The notes: generated from the letters alone by a model not told the origin. A stretch of DNA of 43,083 nt from Candidatus Aerophobota bacterium (GCA_034659655.1 JAYEHT010000201.1:1-43083); one strand, 5' to 3'; shown: positions 17,823-28,263, counted from the stretch's first letter. Program-made: numbers and translations.

Positions 17823-18666
17823 ATGATCTCGGAGGAAATTTCAATGGTCAAAGAAAAAGTAAATGTACTTTTAAAATATTATCTTAGTATAAGCGGGACT
17901 AAACATTTACATTATGGATACTGGGAGAAAGGAGAAGAGCCTACAATGAAAAATGTTCGTCTAGCACAAGAGAGATATTCGGATCATCTCATCTCCTTCA
18001 TTCCTTCCGGAACTGCTAAAATACTGGATGTAGGGTGTGGAGTAGGGGGGGAATACTTTAAAATTGATGGAAAAAGGATATCAGGTTGTAGCTCTTTCCC
18101 CGGATTCTTATCAGTGCAGAGTATTTGAAAAAAATACTCAAGGCAAGGTTCCTTTCTATCTGAGTATCTTCGAGGAATTTAAATCTCAGGAGAAATTTGA
18201 CCTGGTATTAATGAGTGAAAGTTGTCAGTATATAAGTATTGAGAAGGGCCTAAGGAGATGTAGAGAAATTCTTCGTCCAGGGGGTTATCTTTTGGTAGCT
18301 GATTACTTTAAGGTTAAAAGATTGGATGAGAAAGATATACCCATCTCCGGGCACTCTCTCGAAGAATATCTGAAAAAAGTAAAGAGAGCAGGATTTAAAA
18401 TGATAAATTCCGAAGATATTACTTCTCGAGTTTCCCCTACTCTGGATTTTGGAAAAGAGTTTCTTGAAGATTGCGTAATGCCTAGTTTAAAAATAATAGT
18501 TTTTACAATAAAGGTATACGTTCCCCATCTTTACACTTTAGGTAATTTTTTTCTCGGAAAAATCGTTCGAAGAAGGGTTGATAAGGAATTTGAAGGAATA
18601 TTTGATTCTAAATTATTTGCCAGACATAGAAAGTATATGATATACCTTTTTCAACTAAGAAGTTGA
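17823..18666 (+). pseudogene. class I SAM-dependent methyltransferase interrupted by a +1 frameshift at a G7 tract
   Basis: ORF 17823-18128 ends just after SAM motif I (ILDVGCGVGG). ORF 18064-18666 continues in the +1 frame. Removing one G from GGGGGGG (18045-18051) gives the continuous sequence LDVGCGVGGNTLKLMEKGYQVVALSPD. Confidence 0.75.
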
Positions 18667-18720
18667 GAAACACAATACAAAATTTTGGGGAATGATTAGC
18701 TTCATAGCTAGTTTTTGACA

Positions 18721-19959
18721 TTACCTTAGTTTATTCAATATTATTTCGGCTAATTTGTCAGATGAGTTATGAGGAGGAAACAGTTCTTTAAGCTGAGCAG
18801 ATATTCTGTGAAGAGAGTCTGTATCTTTTAATAACTCTATTGCCTCTTTAGCTACATCTTCTGCCTGAACTACCCCCCTTACCTCAGGAACAATCTTTTT
18901 CCCTGCGTATCTATTGGGAGCAGCAGTAAATTTAACATTCTTATTATATTTTCTCACTATCAACCTTTTAATAGAGGTTCCCACGAGAGGAACACTCCCT
19001 ATCAATCCTGGCAAACCATCAAGAGGTATTGCCTCAGGCTTATTTAAAGGAACAGTCACCACCATAGGTACACCCAAAAAAGAGAGCTCTCCCGTATTGG
19101 TACCAGGAATAGTAATGGCTATTGTAGACATACTCATTACTTCATACTGATTTTCTTTAATTACCAAAACTTTTAAACCTGATTCTGTAATCAGCTTCCA
19201 TTGATCTTCCTCTTTTTTCAATTTAGCAGGGTTTACCGGAAATACCTTACTTAACTTATCTTTGGTTAAATTTGTTAATTCTTCTTTACCAACAAAGGGA
19301 GATAAGATTAAAAAGAATTGAATTTTAGGAAATTTCTCTTTAATTAACTCGCACACCCTCAAAAAAAGGGGCGTCATATACCGCACTATCCAGGGTCTAC
19401 TTCCCGGGAAAATAGATACAGATAAAGAATCAGGATTGATGTGTAAAAATTGAGACAGTTTTTCTTTAGACACCAACGGCTGGACTGCATCCTTTACTAA
19501 ATCACCCACGACAACAACTTTTTCTGATCTTGCACCTTTCTCTATAAATTTTTCCCTTATCTTGTTATTAAGAACCATAAATCTCTTAAAGAATCTTTTA
19601 TATCTTAATCTATGAGTATAAGCCATTGCTGGAAAACCCAATCGTTTAGAGAGAAATAAAGCATACAGGGGGTCTCCTCCTAAAAAGAGGACAACTCCCC
19701 TGCGAGAAGCACTTAAATGAAGTTCAGGGGGTTTAAGATTTAAAAAGAGATACTTAAAATACTCGCCTTTGCTCATTACATAATCTACTTCAGGAAAACT
19801 TTCTGCAACTTCTTTTTCCATTCCACTCGCATATTGGCAAGGAGTTATTACTACTACTATTTTTATCCCAGAAGTTTTCTTCTTTAAACTTCCTACTAAA
19901 GGCTTTACCCAACCTACCAATTCCCCTGGACTATTTGTCACTATAAAAACATAATTCAT
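18721..19959 (-). CDS. divergent LpxB-like GT-B glycosyltransferase (LpxB paralogue 2)
   Basis: 412 aa with TNSPGELVGW at the N-terminus, IFPGSRPW, and ITIPGTNTGELSFLGVPMVV. APNRYAGKKIVPEVRG parallels the LPNILAxxxIVPELLQ segment of the LpxB at 21135..22271. Confidence 0.5.
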   Translation of the reverse strand: MNYVFIVTNSPGELVGWVKPLVGSLKKKTSGIKIVVVITPCQYASGMEKEVAESFPEVDYVMSKGEYFKYLFLNLKPPELHLSASRRGVVLFLGGDPLYALFLSKRLGFPAMAYTHRLRYKRFFKRFMVLNNKIREKFIEKGARSEKVVVVGDLVKDAVQPLVSKEKLSQFLHINPDSLSVSIFPGSRPWIVRYMTPLFLRVCELIKEKFPKIQFFLILSPFVGKEELTNLTKDKLSKVFPVNPAKLKKEEDQWKLITESGLKVLVIKENQYEVMSMSTIAITIPGTNTGELSFLGVPMVVTVPLNKPEAIPLDGLPGLIGSVPLVGTSIKRLIVRKYNKNVKFTAAPNRYAGKKIVPEVRGVVQAEDVAKEAIELLKDTDSLHRISAQLKELFPPHNSSDKLAEIILNKLR

Positions 19960-19972
19960 CTTTTAAAAAACC

Positions 19973-21121
19973 TTACATCTTTAATTTTCTTGCCAGCCAA
20001 TTCCGCTCAATTTTCATAGAACCAGAGGGGCAAACTTCAGTGCAACAGAAACATCTAATGCATCTTTTCTGACTTATTACAGGGTAGCCATGATTCTCCA
20101 TTTTTATCGCCTTTACCGGGCAGGCTTCAGCGCAATCCCCACATCTTTCGCAATTTTCCTCATCAACGCCGGGAGTAACCTTTAAAAGAAGAGAGGCCGT
20201 TGGCCTAAGAACATAAAAGACAAAAGAAGGCACCCTTTTTAATAAAGTATTAAGATTGGAGACTAATTCAAAATCCTCTACTTTTGCTTCATTCAGAGGA
20301 ACCCCTTTGATTTCTATCTCCTCAAGTTTTCCCACCCCCAATCCTCTTTTAGCCGCTGTTTTTGTAATCTCAATATCAAAAGGATGATAACCAATAATAT
20401 TTGAGGCTACAGCATCCAGAGCTACAAGATCTTTACCTGCTAAAATTAGCCCTACTTTATAGGGAGAGCCACAGATGGGACCGTCTCCCTCCATGCCCAC
20501 AACTCCATCCATAATAGCGAGCGAGGGTTTAACTACCGAAAAGATATCTACCATCAGTTCAGCAAAATCTCGCGGGCGAGGAGCTAACGCATGAAGCTCC
20601 TTTTTCCTAAATCCGGGAATAGTCCCATATAAATTCTTGATTGCTCCTGTAAAAAGAGTAAAACTATGCGTCTTCAGTTTGGGAAGAGAGATTACCACAT
20701 CCGCATCTAAAACTTCTTTAGCTATATGTAAAACTGGTATCCTCTTATTAGTTAAATTATCAATCTCTTTAACTTCTCTAAAATTGATTACCTCTGCTCC
20801 CTCCTCCTCGGCAGCTCTTCTAAAGCCTGTTTTCTGCCATGCGCATTCGATACGCCGATAAGCAACGCCAGGAGCATCTCCCACTAACGGTTCTCCTCCC
20901 ATCTCTTTAACCATCCTGATTACTGCTCTAAGGATAGAGGGATGAGTGGTGGCTGCTTTTTCAGGAAAATCGGAGTTTATCATATTTACTTTAAGAAGCA
21001 CCCTCTTCTTGGGCTTTATAATCTCATCTATTCCCCCTATTAATTGTAAGCTTTCTCTCACCGTATCATCTACTTCCTTTTGCTGATAACTATTACATCT
21101 TACAATAGAGACCTTGCTCAA
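19973..21121 (-). CDS. DUF362 domain protein with a C-terminal 2x[4Fe-4S] ferredoxin domain
   Basis: N-terminal VSIVRC..VLLKVNM..HPSILRAV pattern of DUF362. The C-terminus carries CERCGDCAEACP and CIRCFCCTEVCP. Confidence 0.7.
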   Translation of the reverse strand: MSKVSIVRCNSYQQKEVDDTVRESLQLIGGIDEIIKPKKRVLLKVNMINSDFPEKAATTHPSILRAVIRMVKEMGGEPLVGDAPGVAYRRIECAWQKTGFRRAAEEEGAEVINFREVKEIDNLTNKRIPVLHIAKEVLDADVVISLPKLKTHSFTLFTGAIKNLYGTIPGFRKKELHALAPRPRDFAELMVDIFSVVKPSLAIMDGVVGMEGDGPICGSPYKVGLILAGKDLVALDAVASNIIGYHPFDIEITKTAAKRGLGVGKLEEIEIKGVPLNEAKVEDFELVSNLNTLLKRVPSFVFYVLRPTASLLLKVTPGVDEENCERCGDCAEACPVKAIKMENHGYPVISQKRCIRCFCCTEVCPSGSMKIERNWLARKLKM

Positions 21122-21134
21122 ATTTAAGGCTCCT

Positions 21135-22271
21135 TTAAGATACTACCTCTAAAACCACTTTTGCTGCTCGGTCTATAACTCCAGGCCTTCCCAATTTTTT
21201 AACCACCTTCTTTAACTCCATTCTCATTTTCCCCAATTTTTGAGGATGGTTAACTAATTCCAGAACAAGATTACTTAATCTATCGGGCTTTGCCTGAAAT
21301 TGCAGTAATTCGGGAACAATCATTTTATTAGCTAATATATTAGGAAGACCTATGTAAGGCAATTTTACCAGAATTTTTCCTATAAGCCAGGTGCTTAAAA
21401 ATGTCTTATAGACAATAATCATGGGAGTACCCAGGCAACTTGCCTCCAATGTGGCAGTCCCCGAAGAGATAATAAGAAGATGAGAAACATTCATCATATC
21501 ATACACACCATCGGTTACAATTTTAACAGGAACCTCACTTTTATTAACCATCCTCATAATTTTATCTTTAAAAACAGAGGAGGGGAGAGGAAGCAAAAAT
21601 TGAATATTCTTCAATCTCCTACTTACTTTCCCGGCAGTAGTTAACATTAAGGGAAGAAGACTATTTATCTCCTGCTCCCGGCTTCCGGGAAGAAGTCCAA
21701 TTATAAATCCACGAGAGTTAAGGTTAAATTTACGGAAAGACTCTTCCTTGCTCATAGTTGGCCTGGCAATATCCAAGAAAGGATGTCCCACAAAGCTCAC
21801 CCTTGCTCCACATTCTCGATAGATTTCAGCTTCAAAGGGGAAAATAGCAATAACCCTCTCCAATTCTCTGGCTACTCTTTTCCCTTTACGGTCAGGCCAG
21901 GCCCAAATAGGAGGAGCAACATAATAGACTGTAGGAATACCAAATTTTTTGGATATCCGGGCAATGCTTAAATTAAAATCTCGGCTATCTATAAGGATTA
22001 AAAGAGAGGGTCTCTCCTTTGAAAGAATCTTTTTCATCATCGACCTTATCTTTAAAAAAGAGGGATAATACTTTACCCCTTCTAAAAGACCTATTGTTCC
22101 CAGATGTACAGTAAAAGACCTCACATCCACCCCTGCTCTCTGCATCCTCTCTCCCCCGATACCCACAAATTTAACATAAGGATTTATTCTTTTAATAGCT
22201 TTAACTAAATTTGCGGCGTGGATATCACCGGAAACCTCTGTTGCTGAGATTAGAATCTTTAACTCTGGCAT
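21135..22271 (-). CDS. lpxB: lipid-A-disaccharide synthase
   Basis: 378 aa with ILISATEVSGDIHAANLVKAI, LLPGSREQEI, SGTATLEASCLGTPMIIVYK, and GLPNILANKMIVPELLQ. Confidence 0.85.
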   Translation of the reverse strand: MPELKILISATEVSGDIHAANLVKAIKRINPYVKFVGIGGERMQRAGVDVRSFTVHLGTIGLLEGVKYYPSFLKIRSMMKKILSKERPSLLILIDSRDFNLSIARISKKFGIPTVYYVAPPIWAWPDRKGKRVARELERVIAIFPFEAEIYRECGARVSFVGHPFLDIARPTMSKEESFRKFNLNSRGFIIGLLPGSREQEINSLLPLMLTTAGKVSRRLKNIQFLLPLPSSVFKDKIMRMVNKSEVPVKIVTDGVYDMMNVSHLLIISSGTATLEASCLGTPMIIVYKTFLSTWLIGKILVKLPYIGLPNILANKMIVPELLQFQAKPDRLSNLVLELVNHPQKLGKMRMELKKVVKKLGRPGVIDRAAKVVLEVVS

Positions 22272-23119
22272 CTATCTCCCCTTACCCTCATATTATCAAT
22301 CAATCTCACTTTTCCTATCTTTACAGCGAGAGCAATGAGAACTTCTCCTTCTATATTTTGTACCTCTTCCATATTATCTGGGTCAACAATAGCAATATAA
22401 TCTATTTTAGCTAAAGGCTCTTTCTCTATCAACTTCCTCATCTTAAGAATAATTTGGGAAGATTCTCTCTCTCCTCTGAGAATCCACTTCTTTGCTTTCT
22501 TAAGAGATCTATAAAGTAGAGTAGCCGCCTCTCTCTCCTCTTCATTAAAATAGGAATTACGAGAGCTTACCGCCAGTCCATCTTTTTCTCTTACTGTAGG
22601 AAGAGTTACAATTTTAACATCCATATTTAAATCTCTTACCATCTTTTTAATTATTAAAGTCTGCTGATAATCCTTCTCTCCGAAATAGGCATAATCAGGA
22701 CTGGTTATATTAAAGAGTTTTACAACTACTGTAGCTACTCCCCTGAAGTGAGAAGGGCGAGAAGCTCCCTCTAAGATGGAAGACAATCTCCCTTCTACAT
22801 TGATAAAAGTAGAGTAACCTTGAGGATAGATCTTCCCTAGAAAGGGGACAAAGATTACATCCACTCCTTCTTTGGAGCTCAATTTTTTATCTCTTTCTAA
22901 ATCTCGAGGATAGGTGCGATAATCCTCCGCTGGTCCAAATTGGGCAGGATTAACAAAAATACTCGCCACCACTTCATTACATTCTTCTTTAGCTTTTCTA
23001 ATTAAAGAGAGGTGTCCTTTATGAAGGTATCCCATCGTGGGAACGAGAGCTATAATTTTCTTACCTTTTATTCTCCTTATATAATCCTTCATCTCATTAA
23101 TTTCTCTAATCAACTTCAT
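22259..23119 (-). CDS. panC: pantoate--beta-alanine ligase
   Basis: 286 aa with LVPTMGYLHKGHLSLI, FVNPAQFGP, and YFGEKDYQQ. Confidence 0.9.
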   Translation of the reverse strand: MKLIREINEMKDYIRRIKGKKIIALVPTMGYLHKGHLSLIRKAKEECNEVVASIFVNPAQFGPAEDYRTYPRDLERDKKLSSKEGVDVIFVPFLGKIYPQGYSTFINVEGRLSSILEGASRPSHFRGVATVVVKLFNITSPDYAYFGEKDYQQTLIIKKMVRDLNMDVKIVTLPTVREKDGLAVSSRNSYFNEEEREAATLLYRSLKKAKKWILRGERESSQIILKMRKLIEKEPLAKIDYIAIVDPDNMEEVQNIEGEVLIALAVKIGKVRLIDNMRVRGDRCQS

Positions 23120-23880
23120 TATTTAAACCACCGAGAGGCTTTCTCTTTTTCTTCTTTCTTAACTAATTTTTCTGAAATCCTCTTTATATTTTTCTGGCAG
23201 GTCTCCCTTATCCCAGGATTATCTTCCCCCTGTGTAAGAAGAACATATCTCCATTGAAGAATCGATTTTTTTAGCTGTCCATTTTTCTCATAGGCAAAAG
23301 CTAAGATCCTCTCCAATATAGGAGGATAATCCTCTAAAGCAATAGCCTGTTTTATACCTTCTATAGCCTTCTCGTATTCATAAGTTTTAAAAAGCCTTAG
23401 CATGAAGTCTCGATAGAGGCGGAGCTCAAAAGCATAAGGATTATTTCTAATCCCCTCATCTAAAAAAGAGATTGCTTCATTTACATACCCTGCATCCTCC
23501 ATCACTAAAGCTCCAAAAGAGTAGCCAGCTACAAAATGAGGACTCAATTTTCCCATGGCCCGCAGCAGAGGATAACTCCTTTTATATCTCTCCTCTTTTG
23601 TCCGGCCCCTCCCACCAAAATGTTGTATAACCTGTAAAAAGAAGAGGTCAGATAAAGCCTCTTTAAATCCTAAACCTGCTATCACTCCTCCTGAGATTGC
23701 TTCTTTTGGATGAGATTCACCTAGATACCGAATAACCTCTCCTGAATAAAGAATCGGCTTCTCTGAATTCATATGATTTTCCAATTCTATTTTGCTCAGG
23801 AAAAGGAAAACAATTAGAAGAATCAAAAGCAGTGGTGTCCACTTCTCTATAGATTTACGGAAAAATTTTGTAAATATCAT
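23119..23880 (-). CDS. hypothetical membrane-anchored protein with TPR-like helical repeats
   Basis: N-terminal TM helix (WTPLLLILLIVFLFL) followed by repeated helix pairs with Ala/Tyr spacing. Tightly packed between aroA and panC. Confidence 0.5.
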   Translation of the reverse strand: MIFTKFFRKSIEKWTPLLLILLIVFLFLSKIELENHMNSEKPILYSGEVIRYLGESHPKEAISGGVIAGLGFKEALSDLFFLQVIQHFGGRGRTKEERYKRSYPLLRAMGKLSPHFVAGYSFGALVMEDAGYVNEAISFLDEGIRNNPYAFELRLYRDFMLRLFKTYEYEKAIEGIKQAIALEDYPPILERILAFAYEKNGQLKKSILQWRYVLLTQGEDNPGIRETCQKNIKRISEKLVKKEEKEKASRWFK

Positions 23881-23907
23881 CTCTACTCTTTATCCTGTAA
23901 AAAACAA

Positions 23908-25206
23908 TTAATACTCCACCACAGAATTAAGAATCTCCCAGAAATCAGGAAAAGAGGTGGCAATGCACTCTACATCTGATATCCTGACTCCTCCCTCGGC
24001 AGCTAAACCGGCCACTGCCAGAGCCATACCCATTCTATGGTCTCCCCAGCTTTTGCATTCTGCTCCCTTTAAACCCTTTTTCCCTTTAATTATCATCCCA
24101 TCATCTTCTTCCTCAATATCCGCTCCTAGCTTCCTTAATTCTTTAACTACTGCCTTAATTCTATCTGTCTCCTTAACCCGAAGCTCCTGAGCATCTTTAA
24201 TTACAGTCTCCCCTTGAACAAAACAACCAACCACAGCTAATATAGGAATCTCATCAATTAAACGGGGAATCATTTCTCCATCTATGGTAATTCCCTTTAA
24301 CTCATTCTTTCCCCTTACCTCTAAGTCTCCTACTTCCTCCTCGTATACTCTCTTTAGATTAGCAACTCTTATATCCGCTCCCATTTTAAGGAGGACATTA
24401 ATAAATCCTCTGCGGGTAGGATTTAAACCAACATTTAAAATCTTAACCTTTGAGCCTTTTAAAATAGCTGCTCCACCTATAAAAAGAGAAGCCGCTGAAA
24501 TATCCCCGGGAACTACTATATCTCTTCCCGAAAATTGAGCTCCTCCTTCTAAACTTACTCTCAAATTACCTACTTTAATCTTAACTCCTAAAAACTTGAG
24601 CATTCTTTCAGTATGGTCGCGGGAGAGATAGGGCTCCCTGACAACAGTCTTTCCTTTAGCATTTAACCCTGCTAAAAGCAAGCAGGACTTAACTTGAGCA
24701 GAAGGAATGGGAGAAAAATAATCAATCCCTTTCAGCCTTCTTCCCACAATGGTTAAAGGTGGAAATTGACCATTCTCCCTGCCAAAGATAAAAGCTCCCA
24801 TTCTCCTTAAGGGCTCTGTCACTCTTCTCATAGGTCTCTTTTGCAGGTATTTATCCCCGGAAAGAACAGAGTAAAAGTCTCGTCCGGCTAATAATCCAGA
24901 CAGTAACCTCATCGTTGTCCCGGAATTCTCACAATTAAGAATATCTTCCGGTTCCTTTAATCCAGAAAGCCCTCTCCCCCAAACAACTATTCCATCCTCT
25001 CTTTCTTCAATTTCTATCCCCATCAGCTTCAAATTATTTAAAGTAGCTAAACAATCCCTCCCTTTTTGTAATCCTTTAATAACCGATTTTCCCTGGGCAA
25101 TAGAAGATAGAATCAAGGCTCGATGGGATATAGATTTATCCCCGGGGAGGGTAATCTCTCCCTTTAAACACCTTGCCGACCTCACAAAGATAAAGCTCTT
25201 CTCCAT
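23908..25206 (-). CDS. aroA: 3-phosphoshikimate 1-carboxyvinyltransferase (EPSP synthase)
   Basis: 432 aa with LPGDKSISHRALIL, NSGTTMRLL, and DHRMGMALAVAGL. Confidence 0.9.
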   Translation of the reverse strand: MEKSFIFVRSARCLKGEITLPGDKSISHRALILSSIAQGKSVIKGLQKGRDCLATLNNLKLMGIEIEEREDGIVVWGRGLSGLKEPEDILNCENSGTTMRLLSGLLAGRDFYSVLSGDKYLQKRPMRRVTEPLRRMGAFIFGRENGQFPPLTIVGRRLKGIDYFSPIPSAQVKSCLLLAGLNAKGKTVVREPYLSRDHTERMLKFLGVKIKVGNLRVSLEGGAQFSGRDIVVPGDISAASLFIGGAAILKGSKVKILNVGLNPTRRGFINVLLKMGADIRVANLKRVYEEEVGDLEVRGKNELKGITIDGEMIPRLIDEIPILAVVGCFVQGETVIKDAQELRVKETDRIKAVVKELRKLGADIEEEDDGMIIKGKKGLKGAECKSWGDHRMGMALAVAGLAAEGGVRISDVECIATSFPDFWEILNSVVEY

Positions 25207-26220
25207 TTACAACCTTCTTCCTACGGCTTCAGCAATAAGTTTTATTTCCTTCATTAATCTCTGAAAATCTAAAGGAAGTATTGATTGAAAACCATCGGAT
25301 AAAGCCTCTTCCGGTTTGGGATGAACCTCAACCATTAAACCATCCGCCCCGGCAGCTATAGCTGCCCTGGATAGAGGGAGTATGAGCTCTCTTTTACCTG
25401 TACCATGGCTTGGATCAACAAGAACAGGAAGATGAGTTAAAATCTTAATTTGAGAGACAGCAGAAATATCCAGAGTAAAACGGGTAGAATCCTCAAATGT
25501 TCTTATCCCCCTCTCGCAAAGTATGACCCGGGAATTTCCTCCGGAAAGAATATACTCTGCAGACATCAAAAGTTCTTTCACTGTAGAGGCCATTCCTCGC
25601 TTAAGCAACACAGGCTTCTCAGTCTTTCCCACCTCTTTTAAAAGATTAAAATTCTGCATATTCCGTGCCCCAATCTGAATAATATCCGCATATTCGGACA
25701 CCAGCTCCATCTGTTTTGCATCCATTACTTCTGTAACCACAGGAAGTTTCGTTAATTTACCTACCTCTGCTAAATATTTTAGCCCCTTCTCGCCCAGACC
25801 CTGGAAAGAGTAAGGAGAAGTTCGTGGTTTAAAAGCACCTCCCCGCAAGATTTTTGCTCCGGATTTTTTTACTTCTAAAGCCACTTTCGAAAGCATCTCC
25901 CTATTTTCTACAGAACAAGGGCCACCAATAACTACAATCTCCTTATCTCCGAGCTTCACATCTTTCACTTTGATAACAGTGTTTTTTTTCTTAAACTCTC
26001 TACTGACTAATTTATAGGGCTTGGAGATAGGGGTAATAGACTCCACAACAAACATTGGCTCAAAAATCTCTTGAGTTAAAATAGCATTCTCACCAATTAC
26101 CCCAATAATTGTTCTCTCTTTTCCCTTTGAGATATGGGGAGTAAACCCTAAATCCTTAATCTTTTGAACAACCTCCTCCATTCCCTTTTTTGTAGTACCT
26201 GGTTTTAAAGTGATAATCAT
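25207..26220 (-). CDS. aroF: 3-deoxy-7-phosphoheptulonate (DAHP) synthase, class I-beta, with an N-terminal regulatory domain
   Basis: [24 protein letters not shown] place the start at the Met of MIITLKPG (26220), which forms an ATGA overlap with the pheA stop, rather than at the upstream ATG at 26271 given in the ORF track. Confidence 0.85.
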   Translation of the reverse strand: MIITLKPGTTKKGMEEVVQKIKDLGFTPHISKGKERTIIGVIGENAILTQEIFEPMFVVESITPISKPYKLVSREFKKKNTVIKVKDVKLGDKEIVVIGGPCSVENREMLSKVALEVKKSGAKILRGGAFKPRTSPYSFQGLGEKGLKYLAEVGKLTKLPVVTEVMDAKQMELVSEYADIIQIGARNMQNFNLLKEVGKTEKPVLLKRGMASTVKELLMSAEYILSGGNSRVILCERGIRTFEDSTRFTLDISAVSQIKILTHLPVLVDPSHGTGKRELILPLSRAAIAAGADGLMVEVHPKPEEALSDGFQSILPLDFQRLMKEIKLIAEAVGRRL

Positions 26221-27287
26221 TTTATCTCCTTCTCCTTTGGATAAGAACCTAAAATTTTTAAGAAAAGGCACTGCTCCTCAAGCTCAGCTAAAGCTTTTTT
26301 TACTTTATCATTATCTTTATGACCAATAAAATCAACAAAAAAGACATACTCCCAGGGCTTTTTCTTTGTGGGTCGAGATTCAATTTTAGTTAAATTAAGT
26401 TGATACCTGCGAAAAGGAGCCAGCATATCATAAAGGGCACCCACTCTATCTTTAATGGAAAAAATGATAGAAGTCTTATCATCTCCGCTCTTTTCTGCAT
26501 AATCTCTTCCTATAACAAAAAAACGGGTATAATTACTTGCTCTATCTTCAATATGAGAAGCTAAGATCTTCAGATTATATAAAGAGGCGGCAGTATCTGA
26601 AGCAATGGCAGCGGAGAGGGACTGCTCGGAAGCTATTTGAGCAGCTTTAGCTGTGCTCTCCACTTCAATAAGGTTTACGGAAGGTAAATTTTCCTCTAAC
26701 CACCTATCGCATTGAGCCAGAGCCTGAGGGTGAGAATAGACCTTTTTCACTTTCTCTAACCTTCCTTTTCCTAAAAGGTAATGGGATATTTCCAGCATAA
26801 TCTCCGCATAAATCTTCAAATCCGAATCTAAAAACATATCCAGGGTATAAGTGACTACCCCTTCCATTGAATTCTCTACAGGCACAACCCCGAAATCAGC
26901 CTCCTTTTTTTCTACCTCACTAAAGACCCGGGTAATATTTTTCTGAGGAAGTAAATCTACTCCCTTACCAAAGCTCTTAATCGCCGCCAAATGAGTAAAG
27001 GTAGCTGAGGGACCTAAATAAGCAACTTTTAATTTCTTCTCCAGGGAGAGAGAGGTCTTCAGAATAAGATGGACAATCTCTGCTAAATCCTTATCGGGTA
27101 AAGGTCCCTTATTCTCCTTTAATAAATTATCTAAGATTTTTCTTTCTCTTGCTGGTGAATAATAACTTTTTCCGCTTTTTCTTTTTATTCTGGCAATTTC
27201 TAAAACTCTCTTTGCTCGTTCATTTAATATCTTCACCAACTTTAAATCGAGAGTATCGATCTCCTGCCGTAAATTTTTCAACCCCAT
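26217..27287 (-). CDS. pheA: bifunctional chorismate mutase / prephenate dehydratase
   Basis: 356 aa. N-terminal CM helix ([20 protein letters not shown]), a PDT domain, and a C-terminal ACT region with TKIESRP. Confidence 0.85.
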   Translation of the reverse strand: MGLKNLRQEIDTLDLKLVKILNERAKRVLEIARIKRKSGKSYYSPARERKILDNLLKENKGPLPDKDLAEIVHLILKTSLSLEKKLKVAYLGPSATFTHLAAIKSFGKGVDLLPQKNITRVFSEVEKKEADFGVVPVENSMEGVVTYTLDMFLDSDLKIYAEIMLEISHYLLGKGRLEKVKKVYSHPQALAQCDRWLEENLPSVNLIEVESTAKAAQIASEQSLSAAIASDTAASLYNLKILASHIEDRASNYTRFFVIGRDYAEKSGDDKTSIIFSIKDRVGALYDMLAPFRRYQLNLTKIESRPTKKKPWEYVFFVDFIGHKDNDKVKKALAELEEQCLFLKILGSYPKEKEIK

Positions 27288-27288
27288 C

Positions 27289-27735
27289 TCAATCTCTCCT
27301 TTCTTTTAAAATCTCTACGGATGCTCTTAAAGCGAGAAGATAGCTTTGAGGGCCGAAACCGGTTATCTGTCCCACACACACTTCTGCTATTAAAGAATTT
27401 CTTCGAAAAGACTCTCTTTTATAAATATTGGAAAGGTGAACCTCCACCGCAGGAATCTCCACTCCTGCTATAGCATCCCTTATAGCAATGCTCGTATGAG
27501 TGTAAGCGGCAGCGTTAATTATTAATGCATCTGCCCAATCCCTATTCTTCCCGATAAAAGAGACAATTTCTCCTTCATTATTTGACTGCTTTATTTTTAC
27601 CTCGCAATTTAGCTCTTTTGCCTCTTTTTCAATCATCTGATTAATTTGATTAAGAGTAGCTTCTCCATAGATATCTTTCTCTCTTCTTCCAAGTAAGTTG
27701 AGATTTGGCCCGTGAATTATCAGGATATGTCTCAT
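27289..27735 (-). CDS. aroQ: type II 3-dehydroquinate dehydratase
   Basis: 148 aa with ILIIHGPNLNLLGRRE, QSNNEGEIV, INAAAYTHTSIAIRDA, and EVHLSN. Confidence 0.9.
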   Translation of the reverse strand: MRHILIIHGPNLNLLGRREKDIYGEATLNQINQMIEKEAKELNCEVKIKQSNNEGEIVSFIGKNRDWADALIINAAAYTHTSIAIRDAIAGVEIPAVEVHLSNIYKRESFRRNSLIAEVCVGQITGFGPQSYLLALRASVEILKERRD

Positions 27736-27790
27736 TTTTTATAATCCTTTTCTTTTTAACCTCCACTATTCAAACTAACCTTCTAATCTT

Positions 27791-27814
27791 GGGTAGGGGA
27801 GGCTTTAGCCTCCC
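27791..27814. repeat. REP-like unit 1 (GTAG + 7-bp hairpin)
   Basis: GGGTAGGGGAGGCTTTAGCCTCCC, with stem GGGAGGC/GCCTCCC and loop TTTA. Lies 2 nt beyond the RAYT stop codon. Confidence 0.8.
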
Positions 27815-27816
27815 TT

Positions 27817-28263
27817 TTATTCATAAAAAACAGCACCATACCTGTTCTTATAGTACATTGCACTTGAAAACTTATAATTTTCTGCTCTCTCAGCCAATCC
27901 TACTTTTACAGGGTTATAATGAATATAGTTGAATTTCTTTTTAAATTTATCCTCTGAAAAGAGCGTTAAATCGTAAAATCCTTTTTGCCAAAATTTTCCT
28001 TTATTGATAGCTTTTGAACTTCTTCCTTTTATCATCTGCATAATCTTTGAAATTCCATCCTTCACAGGTTTTAAAAGAATATGAAGATGATCTGGCATTA
28101 TTACATAAGCAATTAACACAAAATAACCTTCTCTTGTCAATTCTTTGATAGTTCCATCAATTAATTTCATCTCTGATCTATTAAAGGTACGACCAATATT
28201 AGCTATTCGGGTACTCACAAAATAAATCATTCCATCAATTTCGAAATGCGGTGGCTGAGCCAT
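27817..28263 (-). CDS. REP-associated tyrosine transposase (RAYT) / IS200-like Y1 HUH transposase
   Basis: 148 aa. HUH motif in IMPDHLHILL, catalytic-Tyr region NYIHYNPVKVGLAERAENYKFSS. Flanked by inverted GTAG-hairpin repeats. Confidence 0.8.
   Translation of the reverse strand: MAQPPHFEIDGMIYFVSTRIANIGRTFNRSEMKLIDGTIKELTREGYFVLIAYVIMPDHLHILLKPVKDGISKIMQMIKGRSSKAINKGKFWQKGFYDLTLFSEDKFKKKFNYIHYNPVKVGLAERAENYKFSSAMYYKNRYGAVFYE

Noticed and set aside
18696-18716. Weak hairpin TAGCT-TCAT-AGCTA plus GTTTTT after the methyltransferase
   Set aside because: The stem is only 5 bp and AT-rich with a short T-run. It is too weak to call a terminator with confidence.
25207-26271. Upstream ATG (26271) as the start of the DAHP synthase gene
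   Set aside because: It would overlap pheA by 55 nt and add a non-conserved 17-residue extension. The Met at 26220 gives an ATGA stop/start coupling and the expected MIITLKPG regulatory-domain N-terminus.
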